A stretch of DNA of 32,000 nt from positions 690,001 through 722,000 of the forward strand of contig CAWJMG010000003.1 of NCBI GenBank assembly GCA_963843975.1. The letters are read 5' to 3'. Origin of the DNA: an uncultured Actinomycetes bacterium. Its GTDB lineage: Bacteria; Actinomycetota; Actinomycetes; S36-B12; CAIYMF01. Below are positions 1-8,794 of this stretch, one piece after another. The translations under genes were made by a program, and so were the position numbers. The notes under the pieces were generated by a model. That model had not been told where the DNA came from, searched no databases, and was given only the letters and a program-made list of their open reading frames with translations. Position 1 is the stretch's first letter. Each line of letters starts with the position of its first letter.

Positions 1-1
1 C

Positions 2-1360
2 GCGATGATGTTCCTGTCGTGGCAGATCACGGTCGCCTCGCTGATCCTGCTGCCGATCTTCCTCGTGCCCGCACGCTGGATCGGCCGCACGCTGCAGCAG
101 ATGACGCGCGAGCAGATGCAGCTCAACGCCGACATGTCCACGCAGATGACCGAGCGGTTCAACGTCGCAGGCGCCCTGCTGGTGAAGCTCTTCGGCCGCC
201 CTGACGAGGAGGCCGCCGACTTCTCCGGCAAGTCCGGACGGGTGCGCGACATCGGCGTCAAGATCGCCATGGCCAACCGCGTGTTCTTCACCGCCCTGGC
301 TCTCGTCGCCTCGCTCGCGACGGCGCTGGTCTACGGTGTCGGAGGCAACCTGGTCATCACGGGCGTCCTCACGATCGGCACCCTGCTGGCGCTGGCGGCG
401 CTGCTCGGCCGGCTGTACGGGCCGCTCACCGCCCTCTCCAACGTGCGCGTCGACGTCATGACGGCGCTGGTCAGCTTCGAGCGCGTCTTCGAGGTGCTCG
501 ACCTCGAGCCGATGGTGCAGGACAAGGCCGACGCCGCGGCGCTCACACCCGGCCCCGCGACCGTGCGCTTCGACCACGTCCGCTTCCGTTACCCGTCGGC
601 CGAGGAGGTCTCGCTGGCCTCGCTCGAGTCGATCGCGCGGCAAGACACCTCGCCGGTCCGCGACGACGTGCTGCGCGAGGTCTCCTTCACGGCCGAGCCC
701 GGCCAGATGGTGGCCCTCGTCGGCCCGTCCGGTGCCGGCAAGACCACCATCACGGCCCTCGTCAGCCGGCTGTACGACGTCACCGAGGGGTCGGTGACGG
801 TCAACGGCTCCGACGTCCGCGACGTCACGCAGGAGTCCCTTCACGCGCTCGTGGGCGTCGTGACGCAGGACGCGCACATGTTCCACGACACGATCCGCGC
901 CAACCTGCTCTACGCCAAGCCAGGTGCGACCGACGAGCAGCTGCACGACGCGCTGCGGGACGCCCAGGTGCTCGGCCTCGTGCAGGCTCTGCCGGACGGC
1001 CTCGACACCGTCGTGGGCGACCGTGGCTACCGGCTCTCGGGTGGCGAGAAGCAGCGCATGGCCATCGCGCGCCTTCTGCTCAAGGCCCCCGACGTCGTCG
1101 TGCTCGACGAGGCCACTGCCCACCTCGACAGCGAGTCGGAGGTCGCCGTCCAGGAGGCGCTTGCCAACGCGCTGCAGGGCCGCACGTCGCTGGTGATCGC
1201 GCACCGCCTGTCGACGATCCGCGAGGCCGACAAGATCCTCGTGATCGTCGACGGCCGCGTCGCCGAGCAGGGCCGCCACGACGAACTGCTGGCCGCCGGC
1301 GGCACGTACTCCGACCTCTACCGCACCCAGTTCGCGACCCAAGAGCCCGCGACCGCCTGA
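2..1360 (+). CDS. ABC exporter, fused permease/ATP-binding protein (5' end lies outside the window)
   Basis: Frame is open to the left edge. Hydrophobic N-part is followed by Walker A GPSGAGKTT, signature LSGGEKQR, Walker B VVVLDEATAHLD and H-loop IAHRLST. Confidence 0.9.
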   Translation, partial: AMMFLSWQITVASLILLPIFLVPARWIGRTLQQMTREQMQLNADMSTQMTERFNVAGALLVKLFGRPDEEAADFSGKSGRVRDIGVKIAMANRVFFTALALVASLATALVYGVGGNLVITGVLTIGTLLALAALLGRLYGPLTALSNVRVDVMTALVSFERVFEVLDLEPMVQDKADAAALTPGPATVRFDHVRFRYPSAEEVSLASLESIARQDTSPVRDDVLREVSFTAEPGQMVALVGPSGAGKTTITALVSRLYDVTEGSVTVNGSDVRDVTQESLHALVGVVTQDAHMFHDTIRANLLYAKPGATDEQLHDALRDAQVLGLVQALPDGLDTVVGDRGYRLSGGEKQRMAIARLLLKAPDVVVLDEATAHLDSESEVAVQEALANALQGRTSLVIAHRLSTIREADKILVIVDGRVAEQGRHDELLAAGGTYSDLYRTQFATQEPATA

Positions 1361-1366
1361 ACCCCC

Positions 1367-1416
1367 GATTCGGTAGTGCCAAGGCGTCACCCGTGACGCT
1401 TCGGCACTACCGAATC
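1367..1416. terminator. Bidirectional hairpin between convergent genes
   Basis: Arms of 24 nt (1367-1390 / 1393-1416) with a CC loop, one mismatch and one G-T pair. It lies between the stop at 1360 (+) and the stop at 1418 (-). Confidence 0.6.
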
Positions 1417-1417
1417 G

Positions 1418-1768
1418 TCAGGTGCGTTCGGCGGCCAGGGCCTCGACGATGCGGCGGACGAGCTCGAGGTCGACGCCGTCCTTCAGCGCGAGCTTGGTCG
1501 TGCCGCGGCCGGAGGAGTACGGCGCCAGCTCCTCGACCAGGTCGGGCGGAGAACCCGGCGTCGGGTAGATGCTCACGTGCTTGGCCCAGCCGGCCACGTG
1601 CACGACCGCGTGCCCGTCGACGTCGAAGGTCGGCATGCCGTAGCTGATCCGCTCGGTGGCGGCGGGCACCACCTCGTGGACGATCGCGCGGATCTGCGCG
1701 ATCACCTCGCGGACGTGCTCGGGCTGGGCGGCCAGGTAGTCGTCGATGGTGCTCGGTGCGTCGGCCAT
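1418..1768 (-). CDS. DUF1801 (YdhG-like) domain protein
   Basis: Internal ATG at 1768 of ORF 1418..2032. The sequence MADAPSTIDDYLAAQPEH...ISYGMPTF...VSIYP is typical of the DUF1801/YdhG family. The upstream part of the ORF is Arg/Ala/Ser junk. Confidence 0.75.
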   Translation of the reverse strand: MADAPSTIDDYLAAQPEHVREVIAQIRAIVHEVVPAATERISYGMPTFDVDGHAVVHVAGWAKHVSIYPTPGSPPDLVEELAPYSSGRGTTKLALKDGVDLELVRRIVEALAAERT

Positions 1769-1790
1769 GCGGGCGAGTATGGACTGCCGG

Positions 1791-2573
1791 CTAGAGGCTG
1801 CGCAGCATCCCGCCGTCGACGGGCACGAGGCTGCCCGACACGTACGACGCGGCGGGGGAGAGCAGGAACGCCGACACCTTGCCGAGCTCGTCGGGCTCGC
1901 CGTAGCGGCCGAGGGGAATGGCGGCCTCGTTGCGGCGGCGGACCATGTCGGGAGCGCCCAGGCGGGCGTCGACCGCGAACATGCGGTCGGTCGCCAGACG
2001 GCCGGGGAGGATGCCGTTGACGCGGATGCCACGCGGCCCGAGCTCGTCGGCGAGGTCCTTGACCATCATGGCGAGGCCCGGTCGGAGGCCGTTGCTGGTC
2101 GTGAGGCCGGGCACGACCTCCTTCGCCGATGACGACAGGATCAGCAGGATCGAGCCACCGGTGCCGGCCACGTCGTTCGGCTCCGGGCTCATGGCGTTGG
2201 CCGCGGCGCGGGCGACGCGCAGGGCGCCGAGGAAGACGGTCTCGAAGGAGATCCGCCAGGTCTCGTCGTCGGTGGTCATGGGGGTGCCGGCGGCAGGCCC
2301 TCCGACGCTGATGAGGGCGCCGTCGAGGCGGCCGAACATGGCGACCGAGGCTGCCACGACACGCTCGGCTGCGGCGCTGTCCGCGAGGTCGGCTGGGACG
2401 CCGACGGCCGAGGACGATCCGAGCTCAGCCACCGCCTCGTCGATGCCCTGCTGGTCGCGGGCGCAGATGACGACCTTGGCGCCCTCGTTGACCAGGGCGC
2501 GCGCGGAGGCGAGCCCGAGGCCGCGCGAGCCACCGGTGACGACGAAGACGCGATCGTTCAGGCCGAGGTCCAT
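1791..2573 (-). CDS. Short-chain dehydrogenase/reductase (SDR) family oxidoreductase
   Basis: 260 aa with N-terminal VTGGSRGLG Rossmann motif and overall classical SDR layout. Confidence 0.9.
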   Translation of the reverse strand: MDLGLNDRVFVVTGGSRGLGLASARALVNEGAKVVICARDQQGIDEAVAELGSSSAVGVPADLADSAAAERVVAASVAMFGRLDGALISVGGPAAGTPMTTDDETWRISFETVFLGALRVARAAANAMSPEPNDVAGTGGSILLILSSSAKEVVPGLTTSNGLRPGLAMMVKDLADELGPRGIRVNGILPGRLATDRMFAVDARLGAPDMVRRRNEAAIPLGRYGEPDELGKVSAFLLSPAASYVSGSLVPVDGGMLRSL

Positions 2574-2689
2574 GCCTGCAGTGTGCCGTCCGTCGGGCGG
2601 GTCGGCACCGTGCCACGCGGCCGAACGGGTGACAATTGGTCGCTTTGCGCTACGGCAGACGGCCGAGAAGTCGACGCAGCGTCACCGGT

Positions 2690-3496
2690 TCAGTCGAGCC
2701 CTGTCGGCTGTCCGACCGTGCCGGCGGGAGCTGCCTCGTCGGTCAGGGCGGCCTCGGCCGCGGCGTACTCGGACTCGCGCCGGATGAGGACGACGAAGCC
2801 GATCACGGCGACCGCGGCGAAGAACAGCCACTGGACGGCGTACGACAGGTGCGGGCCGTCCGAGAGGTCGGGAAGCGGGATGGCCGTGAGGTCGCTGCTC
2901 TCGGCTGGCGTCGAGGTGACCAGGGTGACGTAGCCGGGGTACGCCGTGGCGTCGCCCGCGACCAGGGGCACCGACAGGTCGGTGATCTGCCCCGCGGGCA
3001 GGTCGGACGGCTGGACGTCCGGCGCCTCCTCGGAGGGCTGGACCCGGGCGGTCATGGTGACGACGCCCGTGGGAGGCGCAGGAACCGTCTGGGTCGCCGT
3101 GGCCGCCCCATCCGCTCCGATCCACCCGCGGTTGACGACGAGAACGCTGCCCGAGGTGGTGACGAGCGGCGTGACGACCCAGAACCCGTTCTTGCCGTCG
3201 AGGGGGCGCTTGCGGACGAGCACGGTGCCTGCCGCGTCGTACCGGCCGGTCGCGGTGACGGGGATCCACCGCTGGTCGTCGCCGACCGACGAGGTGGGTG
3301 CCCCGGCCGTCATCACCTGCTCCACGGGCACCGCGGCCAAGGCGCTGTGCGTGGTGACGAGGTCGTTGTAGTGGCGCCGGTCGTCGAGGCGGTGCAGCTG
3401 CCAGCGCGACAGCAGGATGAACGACGGGAGCACGAGCAGCACGAGGAACCCGAGCGCCAGCCACCGAGGCTGGCGCAGGAACCCGTATCTGTTCAC
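2690..3496 (-). CDS. SURF1 family protein (cytochrome oxidase assembly)
   Basis: 268 aa, GTG start. N-terminal TM segment followed by RWQLHRL, and a C-terminal TM with YAVQW, the SURF1 signature layout. Confidence 0.8.
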   Translation of the reverse strand: MNRYGFLRQPRWLALGFLVLLVLPSFILLSRWQLHRLDDRRHYNDLVTTHSALAAVPVEQVMTAGAPTSSVGDDQRWIPVTATGRYDAAGTVLVRKRPLDGKNGFWVVTPLVTTSGSVLVVNRGWIGADGAATATQTVPAPPTGVVTMTARVQPSEEAPDVQPSDLPAGQITDLSVPLVAGDATAYPGYVTLVTSTPAESSDLTAIPLPDLSDGPHLSYAVQWLFFAAVAVIGFVVLIRRESEYAAAEAALTDEAAPAGTVGQPTGLD

Positions 3497-3621
3497 GGGA
3501 CGAGCCTAAGCCGCCGTGCGCACATCCTCATCCGCGGGATCTCGTTGGCATAGGAGGGCGCAGGTGCGGAACGGCCTCGAGCCAGGCCGGACTGCGCAGC
3601 GCGGACAGGGCGACGGGCACC

Positions 3622-3627
3622 TAGTCT
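3622..3627 (+). promoter_or_regulatory. Candidate -10 hexamer TAGTCT (TANNNT) for a leaderless moaA transcript
   Basis: TAGTCT ends 7 nt before the A of the moaA ATG, and there is no Shine-Dalgarno in between. Confidence 0.3.
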
Positions 3628-3633
3628 CACTTC

Positions 3634-4632
3634 ATGCGTCTCGTCGACGGGTTCGGTCGGATCGCCACGGACCTCCGTGTCTCCCTCACCGACCGCTGCA
3701 ACCTGCGGTGCACCTACTGCATGCCCGCCGAGGGCCTGCCCTGGCTGCCCAACGACACCCTGCTCACCGATGACGAGCTGATCCGCGTCGTCCGCGTGGC
3801 CGTCGACCTCGGCGTCACCGACATCCGCTTCACCGGTGGGGAGCCCCTGCTGCGTCCGAGCCTGCCGCGCATCGTGCGCGACATCGCGTCGCACCCGTCG
3901 GCCCCGCGCATCTCGCTGACCACCAACGGCATCGGCCTGGCCTCCGTGGCGCAGGACCTGAAGGACGCCGGCCTGCACCGCGTCAACGTCTCGCTCGACA
4001 CGCTCGACGCGGACCGCTTCAAGGAGCTGACCCGCCGTCCGCGCATCGACGACGTCTTCCGGGGGCTCGAGGCGGCTGCGGCCGCGGGCCTCACCCCCGT
4101 CAAGGTCAACGCGGTGCTCATGCGCGGCGTCAACGACGTCGAGGCCGTCGACCTTCTGGCCTTCTGCCTGGAGCGAGGCTACGAGCTGCGGTTCATCGAG
4201 CAGATGCCGCTCGACGCCCAGCACGCGTGGACCCGCGAGGAGATGATCGCGGCCGACGAGATCCTCGAGCTGCTCGCTGTGCGGTTCGATCTCAGCGCCG
4301 ACGAGGTGCCGCGGGGGAGCCAGCCCGCAGAGCGGTTCCGGGTCGCGGACAAGGACGGCCGCCACCTCGGCACGGTCGGGGTCATCGGCTCGGTCACGCG
4401 CCCGTTCTGCGCCGCTTGCGACCGCGTGCGCATCACCGCCGACGGCGCCGTGCGCAACTGCCTCTTCGCCCGCGACGAGCACCCGCTGCGCGACATCGTG
4501 CGCTCGGGCGGGACCGACGACGACATCGCCGCGGTGTTCCTGGGTGCCATGGCCGTGAAGAAGGCCGGCCACGGTATCGGCGACGTCGACTTCATCCAGC
4601 CCGACCGTCCGATGTCCGCCATCGGGGGCTGA
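3634..4632 (+). CDS. moaA: GTP 3',8-cyclase MoaA (radical SAM, molybdenum cofactor biosynthesis)
   Basis: MRLVDGFGR...LRVSLTDRCNLRCTYCMP (CxxxCxxC radical-SAM cluster), C-terminal CxxC..C cluster region (FCAACDRVRITADG) and GG tail. Confidence 0.95.
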   Translation: MRLVDGFGRIATDLRVSLTDRCNLRCTYCMPAEGLPWLPNDTLLTDDELIRVVRVAVDLGVTDIRFTGGEPLLRPSLPRIVRDIASHPSAPRISLTTNGIGLASVAQDLKDAGLHRVNVSLDTLDADRFKELTRRPRIDDVFRGLEAAAAAGLTPVKVNAVLMRGVNDVEAVDLLAFCLERGYELRFIEQMPLDAQHAWTREEMIAADEILELLAVRFDLSADEVPRGSQPAERFRVADKDGRHLGTVGVIGSVTRPFCAACDRVRITADGAVRNCLFARDEHPLRDIVRSGGTDDDIAAVFLGAMAVKKAGHGIGDVDFIQPDRPMSAIGG

Positions 4633-4640
4633 GGACCCGG

Positions 4641-4955
4641 TCAGGGGCTGTCGGGCTTGGCGTCGCCGCGCCCGAGCATCCGCCGTGACGGCCGCACGGC
4701 CAGCGTGAAGCCCTCGCGGTCGCTGCGCTCCCGGCCGGCGTTGGCCATGATCACCGCGACGTACGGCAGGCAGACAGCGCCCACCACGAGCACCCAGCGC
4801 CACGGCGGGGGTGCGAGCACCGCGCCGACGACGCACGCGGTGCGGATACCCATCTGCCAGAGGTAGCGGCGGGTGCGCCCGGACTGCTCGTCGCTCAGCG
4901 AGGCGCCCGCATCGGTGATGCGGTGAACCTCCTCGCGAGCGGGCTTGTCCAGCAC
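4641..4955 (-). CDS. DUF3099 family small membrane protein
   Basis: HRITDAG..S..EQSGRTRRYLWQMGIRT followed by two TM segments (LPYVAVIMANAGRE). The start is placed at GTG 4955 because the longer ORF N-terminus looks non-coding. Start is uncertain. Confidence 0.65.
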   Translation of the reverse strand: MLDKPAREEVHRITDAGASLSDEQSGRTRRYLWQMGIRTACVVGAVLAPPPWRWVLVVGAVCLPYVAVIMANAGRERSDREGFTLAVRPSRRMLGRGDAKPDSP

Positions 4956-5088
4956 GCGCCCACGGTACGGCGACGGGGGCGGTCCGGCATCCGCTGGTGC
5001 CGAGGGCCCGGACGTGATTCGCGCCGCATACCGCTCTCCGCGACACCTGGCTCCCCGTGCGCCGCTGGCTGGGGGCAGGATGCTCGGC

Positions 5089-5301
5089 ATGAGCAACCGC
5101 ACCTACCGCGTCACCGAGATCGTCGGCACCTCCAGCGAGGGCCTCGAGCCCGCCATCCGGAACGGCCTCGCCCGTGCCGCGCAGACCCTGCGCCACATGG
5201 ACTGGTTCGAGGTCACGGAGATCCGCGGACAGCTCCGCGAGGGCAACGTCGAGCACTTCCAGGTCGGCATGAAGATCGGTTTCCGGCTCGAGGACTCGTG
5301 A
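5089..5301 (+). CDS. Dodecin family protein (flavin-binding)
   Basis: 70 aa: MSNRTYRVTEIVGTSSEGLEPAIRNGLARAAQTLRHMDWFEVTEIRG...VGMKIGFRLED, typical of dodecin. ATG at 5089 inside ORF 4945..5301. Confidence 0.85.
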   Translation: MSNRTYRVTEIVGTSSEGLEPAIRNGLARAAQTLRHMDWFEVTEIRGQLREGNVEHFQVGMKIGFRLEDS

Positions 5302-5876
5302 CCCGGGTCGACGGCCCCGGGCCGGGCGTCCGCGAGGTGGTGATCACCCACCTCGAGATGACCGACGCGGGGGCGCTCCGACCTGCCCGCGAGCCGAGGG
5401 TGCCCGCGACGCTGGTGCACGTCGGGAGGCCTGCTCCCGAGCTGTCGCGCTTCTTCTACCGGGCAGTCGGCGGCGACTGGTACTGGCTCGACCGCCTGGA
5501 CTGGACGTACGAGCAGTGGCTCGCCTGGGTGAGCGCGCCGGGCCACGAGCTCTGGTACGCCGTGGTCGACGGAGCGCCCGCTGGCTACGTCGAGCTGGAC
5601 CGCTCTTCCGGCGGCCCGGGCTCGGTGGAGATCGCCTACTTCGGCCTCCTGCCCGGCTTCGCCGGTCTCGGCCTCGGGGGATGGCTGCTCACGCGCGCGA
5701 TCGAGCGGGCGTGGGCCGTCGAGGGCACGACCCGCGTCTGGGTGCACACGAGCGAGCTCGACTCCGAGCCCGCGCTCGCGAACTATCTCGCCCGCGGTCT
5801 CACGCCGTACGGCACCGAGACCGAGCACTGGGACGTCACGCAGCCCTCGCCCGGCCCCTGGCGCGGAGCCAGATAG
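5298..5876 (+). CDS. GNAT family N-acetyltransferase
   Basis: GYVELD...VEIAYFGLLPGFAGLGLGGWLL..A...W (acetyl-CoA binding Q/RxxGxG/A-like motif). GTG 5298 overlaps the dodecin stop (GTGA). Start is uncertain. Confidence 0.7.
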   Translation: MTRVDGPGPGVREVVITHLEMTDAGALRPAREPRVPATLVHVGRPAPELSRFFYRAVGGDWYWLDRLDWTYEQWLAWVSAPGHELWYAVVDGAPAGYVELDRSSGGPGSVEIAYFGLLPGFAGLGLGGWLLTRAIERAWAVEGTTRVWVHTSELDSEPALANYLARGLTPYGTETEHWDVTQPSPGPWRGAR

Positions 5877-5882
5877 AGCCTG

Positions 5883-7268
5883 TTACGAGGCCTGGCTGAC
5901 GGTGCTGAAGTTGAAGTCGTCGACCAGCAGCGGCGGCATCACCGCACGGTTGAAGTAGTCGCCCATCTCGCGTGCCAGCGTCGGCACCGGGGTGCCGGCA
6001 TCAGCGATCCGCGAGAGCAGCGCGAGCGGCGACTCGTTGAACCGGAAGTTCGTGGCTGCACCGACCACCTCGCCGCCGCGCACGACGTACACGCCGTCGC
6101 GTGTGAGGCCGGTGAGCAGGCCGGTCTGCGCGTCGACCGTGCGGTTGTACCAGGTGCAGGTCACCAGCAGCCCGTCGTCGCAGCGCGCCACGACCTCGGC
6201 CAGCGACCCGCTGGCGCCGACGACGTCGAGCCGGAGGTTGTCCGCCGCCGGGGCGAACCCGACGCCCGTGACGGACGAGGTGTGCCGCGACGTGATGAGG
6301 CCGGCGAGCACCCCGCCGTCGATCCACCGCGTGGCGGGCACGGGCAGGCCGTTGTCGAACACCGAGGCGTACGGCGAGGACGCCGACGTGATGAGGAACG
6401 GCTGCGCCTCCTGGCCGACCCAGGAAGGGTCCGAGCTCAGCGAGACGCGGGCGTCGGCCACGGTCTCGCCGACGCGCGTGCCTCCGCCGCGACGGCTCCA
6501 CACCGACTGGCCCTCGTGCGCCATCAGGGCGGCCGACGACCAGTAGAGGTCGATCATCAGGTCGGCCACGGCACTCGGGGTCAGCAGGGCGCGGTGGCGG
6601 CCGGGGGAGATCTCGACCGGGCGTTCCTGCCAGGCGAGGCCCTGGCGCACCTCGGCGTCGACCGAGGCCAGGTCGAGGCCCTCGAGCGTGCGTGCGGCAC
6701 GCCCTGCCCACGCCGACCGGCTGCGCTCGTGGCTCTTGCCCGTGAGCTCGAGCCGGCCCTCGGTGTCGGTGAAGCGCAGGCGTACGCCGGTGCTCGTGCC
6801 GAGGTAGTTCGTGCACGCGGCCTGCTCGGCGTAGCCGAAGTGCTCGAGGCCGTCGGCGCGGCCGGCGGCCAGCACCTCGCCGAGGCCGGGAGCGATCGCA
6901 CCGAACGAGGCTCCGGTCTCGACCAGAGGCGCGTCGGCCCAGTCCGGTGACGCCGCGAGGTCGCGCGCGAGCTCTGCTGCGTCCTCGGCCGGGCCGTCCT
7001 CGACGGCCATCATCTCGGCGCGGCGCACGATGTCGGGGATCGCGGCGGCGCTGGGGGCGCTGACGGTGACCGATCCTGCGGCCACACCGCCCTCGACGTC
7101 GACGAGCGCGATCACGGTGACCGACGTCGACAGCGTCTCGCCGTTGGTCGTCAGCGTGCTGCGGGCCCAGCGCAGGTTGGCGATGCTCCGCGCCTGCACC
7201 AGCACGATGCAGTCGCGCGAGGTCGATGCGGCGAGCGCGCGCTCGACGATCTCCTGGGGCCCGATCAT
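5883..7268 (-). CDS. pmbA: PmbA/TldE-type metallopeptidase partner subunit
   Basis: 461 aa from ATG 7268 within ORF 5883..8582. TldD/PmbA family fold signature (C-terminal ...GLLVT..WY.R.VD...G..TG.TRDG...V..GE...). It lacks the HExxxH motif, and its start overlaps the tldD stop (ATGA). Confidence 0.8.
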   Translation of the reverse strand: MIGPQEIVERALAASTSRDCIVLVQARSIANLRWARSTLTTNGETLSTSVTVIALVDVEGGVAAGSVTVSAPSAAAIPDIVRRAEMMAVEDGPAEDAAELARDLAASPDWADAPLVETGASFGAIAPGLGEVLAAGRADGLEHFGYAEQAACTNYLGTSTGVRLRFTDTEGRLELTGKSHERSRSAWAGRAARTLEGLDLASVDAEVRQGLAWQERPVEISPGRHRALLTPSAVADLMIDLYWSSAALMAHEGQSVWSRRGGGTRVGETVADARVSLSSDPSWVGQEAQPFLITSASSPYASVFDNGLPVPATRWIDGGVLAGLITSRHTSSVTGVGFAPAADNLRLDVVGASGSLAEVVARCDDGLLVTCTWYNRTVDAQTGLLTGLTRDGVYVVRGGEVVGAATNFRFNESPLALLSRIADAGTPVPTLAREMGDYFNRAVMPPLLVDDFNFSTVSQAS

Positions 7269-8794
7269 CGACCGGCCTCCTTCGCCGAGTTGAGCACGTT
7301 GACCTGGTCGAACACCGCGGCCGGGCACCCGTGCGAGACGGCGGCGACCTGACCGGGCTGGCCCTTGCCGCAGTTGAACGCACCACCGAGCAGGTAGGTC
7401 GACTCGCCGCCGATCGCCTTCATCGAGCCCCAGAAATCGGTGGTGGTCGCCTGGTAGGCGACGTCCTTCAGCTGGCCCTCGATGCGGCCGTTGCGGATGC
7501 GGTGGAACCGCTGCCCGGTGAACTGGAAGTTGAAGCGCTGCATGTCGATCGACCACGACTTGTCGCCGACGATGTAGATGCCGTCCTCGACGCCCTCGAC
7601 GAGCTGCTCGAGGGTCGGACCGTCCGCGGCGGGCTGCAGGGAGACGTTGGGCATCCGCTGGATGGCCGTGTGCACGGCGCTGTCGGCGTACGCGCAGCCG
7701 TTCGACCGCTCGAGTCCGTGCTCGTGGGCCATCGACCGGTCGAGCTGGTAGCCGACGAGGACCCCACCGTTGATGAGGTCCCAGGTCTGGCCGGCTACAC
7801 CCTCGTCGTCCCAGCCGACGGTGGACAGGCCGTGCTCCACCACGCGGTCGCCGGTGACGCGCATGCCGGGCACGCCGTACTGCAGGGTGCCGAGCTTGTC
7901 CGGAGTGGCGAACGACGTGCCGGCGTAGTTGGCCTCGTAGCCGAGCGCGCGGTCGAGCTCGGTGGCGTGGCCGATCGACTCGTGGATCGTGAGCCAGAGG
8001 TTGGTCGGGTGGATGAGCAGGTCGTAGCGGCCCGGCTCGACCGACGGCGCCGCGAGCTTCTCCGCGAGGTACGTCGGCAGCTGCGCGATCTCGTCGTCCC
8101 AGTCCCAGCGGCGGGCACCCCCGACGTCGGTCACGTCGCCGGTGACGTACTCCCAGCCGCGGCCCGAGGGCGGTGCAGTGGTCGACATGGTCTCGAACGC
8201 ACCCGTCGCGGGATCGACGGCCAGCGCTGTGATCTCGGACTCGAGCCGCACCCGCTGCTGCACCGTGCGGCTGCCCGCGAGGTCGGCGTAGAACGTGCGC
8301 TCCTTCACCGCGTGCAGCGACGCGGTCGCGTGCGCGACGGCGTCGTGCGCCATGACCGAACGGCTGCGCTCGGCCAGCAGCGCCACGCGCTCGCCCTCGG
8401 CGACGCCGAACGGGTCGATCACGTACGACGACACCCACGAGCCCACGTGCACGGGCTCGGGCGCGAGCTCGACGCGTGCCGTCGTGAGTGGAGCGCTGAT
8501 GCGGGCCATCGCGACAGCGCGGTCGGCGAGCCCCACGGCGACGCCGGGCTCGATCACGTCGGACGCCGCGAAGCCCCAGCACCCGTCGACGAGGACGCGT
8601 ACAGACATGCCGTTGTCGTCGTCGTGGCTCGAGCCCTCGACCTGCGCGTCGCGCAGCTTCTGGTACGTCGTCAGCGTCGACACGACCCGTACGTCGGCGT
8701 GCGAGGCCCCGAGGGATCGGGCGCGCGACAGGGCCGCGTCGGCGCAGGCGTCGAGGGGTAGGGCAAGGAACTCGCTGTCGACCTCGTGGGTCAC
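7265..8794 (-). CDS. tldD: TldD-type metallopeptidase
   Basis: 509 aa from GTG 8794 within ORF 7265..9559. Contains the HESIGHATELD (HExxxH) motif and the conserved C-terminal GxC..G.P region (GAFNCGKGQPGQ). Confidence 0.85.
   Translation of the reverse strand: MTHEVDSEFLALPLDACADAALSRARSLGASHADVRVVSTLTTYQKLRDAQVEGSSHDDDNGMSVRVLVDGCWGFAASDVIEPGVAVGLADRAVAMARISAPLTTARVELAPEPVHVGSWVSSYVIDPFGVAEGERVALLAERSRSVMAHDAVAHATASLHAVKERTFYADLAGSRTVQQRVRLESEITALAVDPATGAFETMSTTAPPSGRGWEYVTGDVTDVGGARRWDWDDEIAQLPTYLAEKLAAPSVEPGRYDLLIHPTNLWLTIHESIGHATELDRALGYEANYAGTSFATPDKLGTLQYGVPGMRVTGDRVVEHGLSTVGWDDEGVAGQTWDLINGGVLVGYQLDRSMAHEHGLERSNGCAYADSAVHTAIQRMPNVSLQPAADGPTLEQLVEGVEDGIYIVGDKSWSIDMQRFNFQFTGQRFHRIRNGRIEGQLKDVAYQATTTDFWGSMKAIGGESTYLLGGAFNCGKGQPGQVAAVSHGCPAAVFDQVNVLNSAKEAGR

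Noticed and set aside
3497-3633. Possible Moco riboswitch in the 137-bp region upstream of moaA (GGAGG ... CCTCGAGCC strings)
   Set aside because: A TANNNT hexamer (TAGTCT) ends 7 nt before the ATG with no Shine-Dalgarno, which fits a leaderless moaA mRNA and leaves no room for a leader RNA. The region is also the divergent promoter for SURF1. I cannot match the Moco consensus from memory. A covariance-model scan with the Moco RNA motif would settle it.
3493-5256. Long ORFs antisense to, or overlapping, real genes. Examples: 3493..5256 (-) 587 aa, 7226..8761 (+), the N-terminal ~620 aa of 18428..20869 (+), 20866..22371 (-), 24923..26467 (-), 27132..29285 (+)
   Set aside because: Their translations are Arg/Pro/Gly/Ala-rich low-complexity strings typical of off-frame reading in GC-rich DNA. 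Each overlaps a gene with clear family motifs on the other strand or in another frame.
4923-5876. 317-aa ORF as one large protein
   Set aside because: Only the last ~192 aa look like a GNAT acetyltransferase. The upstream part overlaps the dodecin gene in another frame and is Arg/Pro-rich. The GTG at 5298 gives classic GTGA coupling to dodecin.
6907-6913. Additional plus-strand GAGGCTC sites (6907 in pmbA, 25130 in the VanZ/RDD gene) as further hidden frameshifts
   Set aside because: Both read through in frame with family-consistent sequence on each side (LVETGASFGA; GERPRLGALALR). They serve as natural controls rather than extra breaks.
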